DNA from: Setoptus koraiensis
Taxonomy: Eukaryota > Animalia > Arthropoda
Length of the DNA: 64,000 bases
Assembly (NCBI GenBank): GCA_048013815.1
Contig: CM106585.1
Span: 186,001-250,000, forward strand
Direction: 5' to 3'
Numbering within the stretch: position 1 is the stretch's first letter; each line of letters starts with the position of its first letter. The translations under genes and the position numbers were made by a program. Positions 60,027 to 64,000 of the stretch are shown here, in pieces. The notes under the pieces were generated by a model. The model did not search any database, was not told the DNA's origin, and saw only the letters and a program-made list of their open reading frames with translations.

Positions 60027-62469
60027 CTGTAGATAATTTGAAGTATGATTTGATGATAAGTAGAGGTAGCTTTAATAGTTGACAAGCTGTGAGTAGCAAT
60101 ACATGAAACTTTCAAGATGCCAAGTGATTTCTGCGAGATGTCCGTGGAAAGATATTTTCATATTGATCCTCGATAGTATCACATGTTTTCGCAGGACACT
60201 TCTTAGAATGGCGCTATTTTTGAATCAGAAAATGATGACAAATCTTGGGTAAAAAGTAAATTAGGACTGCATAACGAAACTTTTCAGCTCGAAAAGAGGC
60301 TCCTTCCTCCTTGTCATGATTAGGAAACGGTTTTACATAACCGGCAATTTTTGGCTTCCATCATATAGCCTCAGCTGAAGCAAGGTGAACTATGCAAGAT
60401 AGAATACTTCGTAGCAAGTTGAATCAACTTAGTTGATACAAAACCAGGTCTTAACGAAGTATGAAAAAAAAATCACAGTGAATGTACTCTTCAAAAAGCA
60501 TTTATGGTCGGGGAATATCATATTGTCGTCATGAAGTGGGGGACAAAAATCGCTTAGCCAGTTCAGATTGGACTATTTCTCTTGCTTGTGCAGTTGTACA
60601 AGCATGGAGTTGCAAATAGTTTATGGAAGTTTATTTGACTATTTTATTGTAGTAAACAGCAATTAGCTACTATGCTGTGAACACATTCATATTGGATTAA
60701 ATCATTCAATTTCCAGACTCTAGAAAGATCCATCTCTAATAGTGTGTGAGCATTTGTGTGTTTTGAGTCATCGAGCCAATGTTGCTCTCTTGATCTACTT
60801 GCATACTCAACATGCTCTTATGTTATTTATGTAAGGATGGATACATTAGTTAGACTCATTCAATTTTTTAGCCCCCACCCATCTATCTATCATCGATATA
60901 CCACGTCGATTTAGCACTGCAGGCATGTTTTTGTAAACAAGATCGACAAACTTGCATTTGTTTTTGTATTGATCGAATTGTTCCCGAGACCAAGTCTATC
61001 CTCAGGAAGAGATGCACAACGATCAAAATAATCAATTACATTGACTATAGAGAACAAGTAACACATCCTAAGGGGAATAAATGAACATCTATTACAGGTC
61101 TATCCGTAGCAACAGATGTAAATCTTTCATTATTGCATGTGGAATCGGAAAAAGAAATAAGGTAAGTAATGGGTGGATTCCCTCAAACACTAGATGTCTT
61201 ATTATTTAGTGAACACTGCATCGTTTGTTGTATCCTTTTGTTGCAAGATAACTAGTTAGTTTCTGTTTTTAGATGATTTAGGATGATTGATTGATTGAGC
61301 ATTTATGTACATGTAGTTCAAACTAATAGTCATATCGTGCGATTCATTCAACAAACTTACTTTTCCAATTGTTCGTACGAAAATCAATCGATGGCATGGT
61401 TAACCAAGCAAAGTTACCCAACAGACGGTGACGACTAAACAAAGTGATGATTTTCAATGTCAACCACTTGACTTTTCGTCACGTTGAAAAAAGAAAATAT
61501 TCATGTCCGACTAACAGCAAACAATTGTATGGCACTTTTGAGCGAATTGTTGTTTGTCAAAACGACAGGTTTGTTGAATGAGAGAAGCATCTTCTCTATC
61601 AAGTGTTTGATTCTTATGATTGTTTGAGTGCGAAATAATTCATCAGAAGTTGCTAGTAATGCGCATTATCTCATAATTTTTTTAAAATGTTGGCCACCTG
61701 ATAGAATGAAAGATCTGACATAAACGATTATGCATCACAAATCTACATAATAGAATTATGTGGATACTAGTGGTAAATATGACTGTCATATGATAGAAGT
61801 GGCCTTTGTTTGATGGCCGACTGGCCGGCAAGGCTGGCTGACTCTCTCATCTGACAATTGTGAGTGTGAATGATTGATTGTTATTGCCGGTATATAATTG
61901 AATTGAAATGATTCGAACCATTTCAGAGAACAACGAGAGTCAGGGAGAAAATCTAAATGAAGTTATTATCAGTAATATTGATATCAACGGTAACAATCGT
62001 ATCATAACAATAAAAAAGAGGGACAGACAGCCACAACAGGTAGTTATCGCGCCGCTTGACTAACAATATCAACATTAGCAAAGCAACTCAATTTTTGACT
62101 TACATTTTGTGACATAACAACGATGCTCTCATGTCATTTGGAATTATTTGTTTCGAAGCAACGAGATTTTTCATTCAAATAATGCCTGATGATTAGTTGT
62201 TGCTGTCACTTGCAACATTTTTCGTGCTCTACATATTGTGTATTCATGATTTTTTGTTATGTTATGCATTAAGCTGTTGTGAACTAATGACAAGCTAATA
62301 AGGAAGACTGAGGACAAACAGTATCAAGACGAAGTAATGTTTGACAATGGAGCTGATGATAATATTGCCATTGATTTATAGTTCCATAGGCTCTATTAAT
62401 TGCGACCGCATCATTCAAAGCAGACTCTATTTATTATTAGTTATATTCTCTGTATGTTGCCATGGAATC

Positions 62470-62473
<4 letters not shown>

Positions 62474-62525
<52 letters not shown>
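62474..62525. repeat. (AG)n microsatellite
   Basis: Direct reading of the sequence. Confidence 0.95.
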
Positions 62526-62526
<1 letters not shown>

Positions 62527-63347
62527 AACTTCATGTCAGAAACTGGTAGAGAGAGCGAGAGAGATATTCATCAAACAAAGCCAGCGAAAGTTTCCCGAGA
62601 GTCTCTGGAAAGTTGTTCGGATCAGCTTGTTGTCTATGCTTTTGGTATTGTTAGCTGGGTGCTGTTGTTGCTGCAGCGACTAACTACTTTCTACGTAATA
62701 ATGATAATATTGTTAGAAACAAACACTAACACAACCAGTCACAAGCTAGCTCCACTAAATAGTCTATTGAAATAGGAGAAGCCATTTTATAAAACAGCAA
62801 CAACAACATGTGGTTGTTTGCTGATTATTTTCACGTTACGCCAAACAAAACTGCGTGCAGCATACCATTATGTTGTGTAATACTCGATAAGCCTCTCTCA
62901 CTATTAGTATTTACATCATGTCTCAGCTGCGAGGTGAAGCTGAAAGGTTGATTACGATGTTATTTGGCTGCATTACAGGTAGTTGTAATATGTTTGCCAT
63001 TCTCACTAGCTCTTTCTCTCTCTCTCCCCTAATTTAGCATTCCATTCAAAACACAAATGATGATTCCTGTTTCGGCGGCTCAATTATTTTTTGCTTCGTT
63101 GTTCGCCTTTTATCAGAGTTCGTGTTGCATTGGTCATATTTGACTCATATCACCTACATGTCACACACCAACTAATGCTTGTGTGTTTGTTAATTGTAAC
63201 AATCGATTTTTTGTTGGTGTCAAGTGCTTCACTTGTCGGGTGTTAAGTGCCTTTCAGGTTTATTGAATTTACAACAAAACTGGCCAACTAGCGACGTCGG
63301 ATAGTCGTCGCCGTCAAAGGATTTGCCCAGAGAGCGAGCAAGTGAGC

Positions 63348-63381
<34 letters not shown>

Positions 63382-64000
63382 AATTAATATTGTAGGTGCA
63401 CGTCGTTCAATGCGCGGTAGTTGTGAGTTTGAGATAGGTAATCGAGAGGAAAAGAGAGGCAATTTAGAGATTATCAACAGCAACTGAGCCACCAGATCAC
63501 ATCGTTGTTCAGTTTATGATCGGAGGACTTAATTGAAATCGAATTACATACTGGAATTGAATGAACCAAACAACAACAATCGACAACAGCGAATGATTGT
63601 AAATTGGCCGTAGAGGCGTCACAACAAACTCCATTAGTGTAGCATCGAAAAATGGCATATGTAAGAGTACTCCCTTATTGAGTCTAAAGTCTGTTTAGTG
63701 ATGATGATTTTAATTTCACTATAACAACACAATTAATATCAATTAACTGTAATCTGTACTGATCAATAGGTGTCAGTCAAAATATTTAACATTATTCTTA
63801 GAGCAACAATTAACGTTATAACGTCAACAACATTTATTTTATCTCCTGTGTTATGAATTGTTCACCAAGTTCGCCAAAATTCATTTCGATAGCATTGGAC
63901 GCGGCAAAAGTGAGCGAAAATCACATTATTAGAGCTGATAGCAGTGCTAACACGACCGCCCCGAGAAGAGGCGATAAATATTCATATCCGTCATTGATAT

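Noticed and set aside
27104-62775. ORFs with poly-HT, poly-CV, poly-ER or poly-LS runs
   Set aside because: They are translations of (AC)n, (TG)n and (AG)n microsatellites.
1-64000. tRNA, rRNA, known conserved miRNAs and transposase/RT ORFs
   Set aside because: None were recognised by eye. tRNAscan-SE, Infernal/Rfam and RepeatMasker would be needed to exclude them formally.

Overview
Eukaryotic (arthropod) genomic DNA with GT-AG introns and dense microsatellites. A cytosolic, bacterial-type UGT suggests an acariform mite, but this is inference. About 1-34 kb is the muscleblind (mbl) locus on the minus strand. It has four coding exons carrying CCCH fingers 1-4, a 16.9-kb intron and a 3,035-nt exon that inserts ~960 low-complexity residues between the two finger pairs. 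Its non-coding DNA is strongly enriched for PAR-bZIP/C-EBP-type palindromes (RTTAYGTAAY and RTTGCGTAAY), three times amplified as separate tandem arrays, and for GGGCCC. About 34-44 kb is an AT-richer, microsatellite-free island with a 3-exon gustatory-receptor-like gene, a 26/78-bp higher-order minisatellite and one or two disabled trypsin-like protease genes. Next come several perfect hairpins and an intronless MGT-type UDP-glycosyltransferase (47.4-48.9 kb), a 4-exon SLCO/OATP transporter with an expanded loop (53.6-57.1 kb), and a convergent AIG1/ADTRP-like plus CEBPZOS-like gene pair (58.8-60.0 kb). I recognised no rRNA, tRNA, CRISPR array or intact transposase. All motif counts were made by eye.
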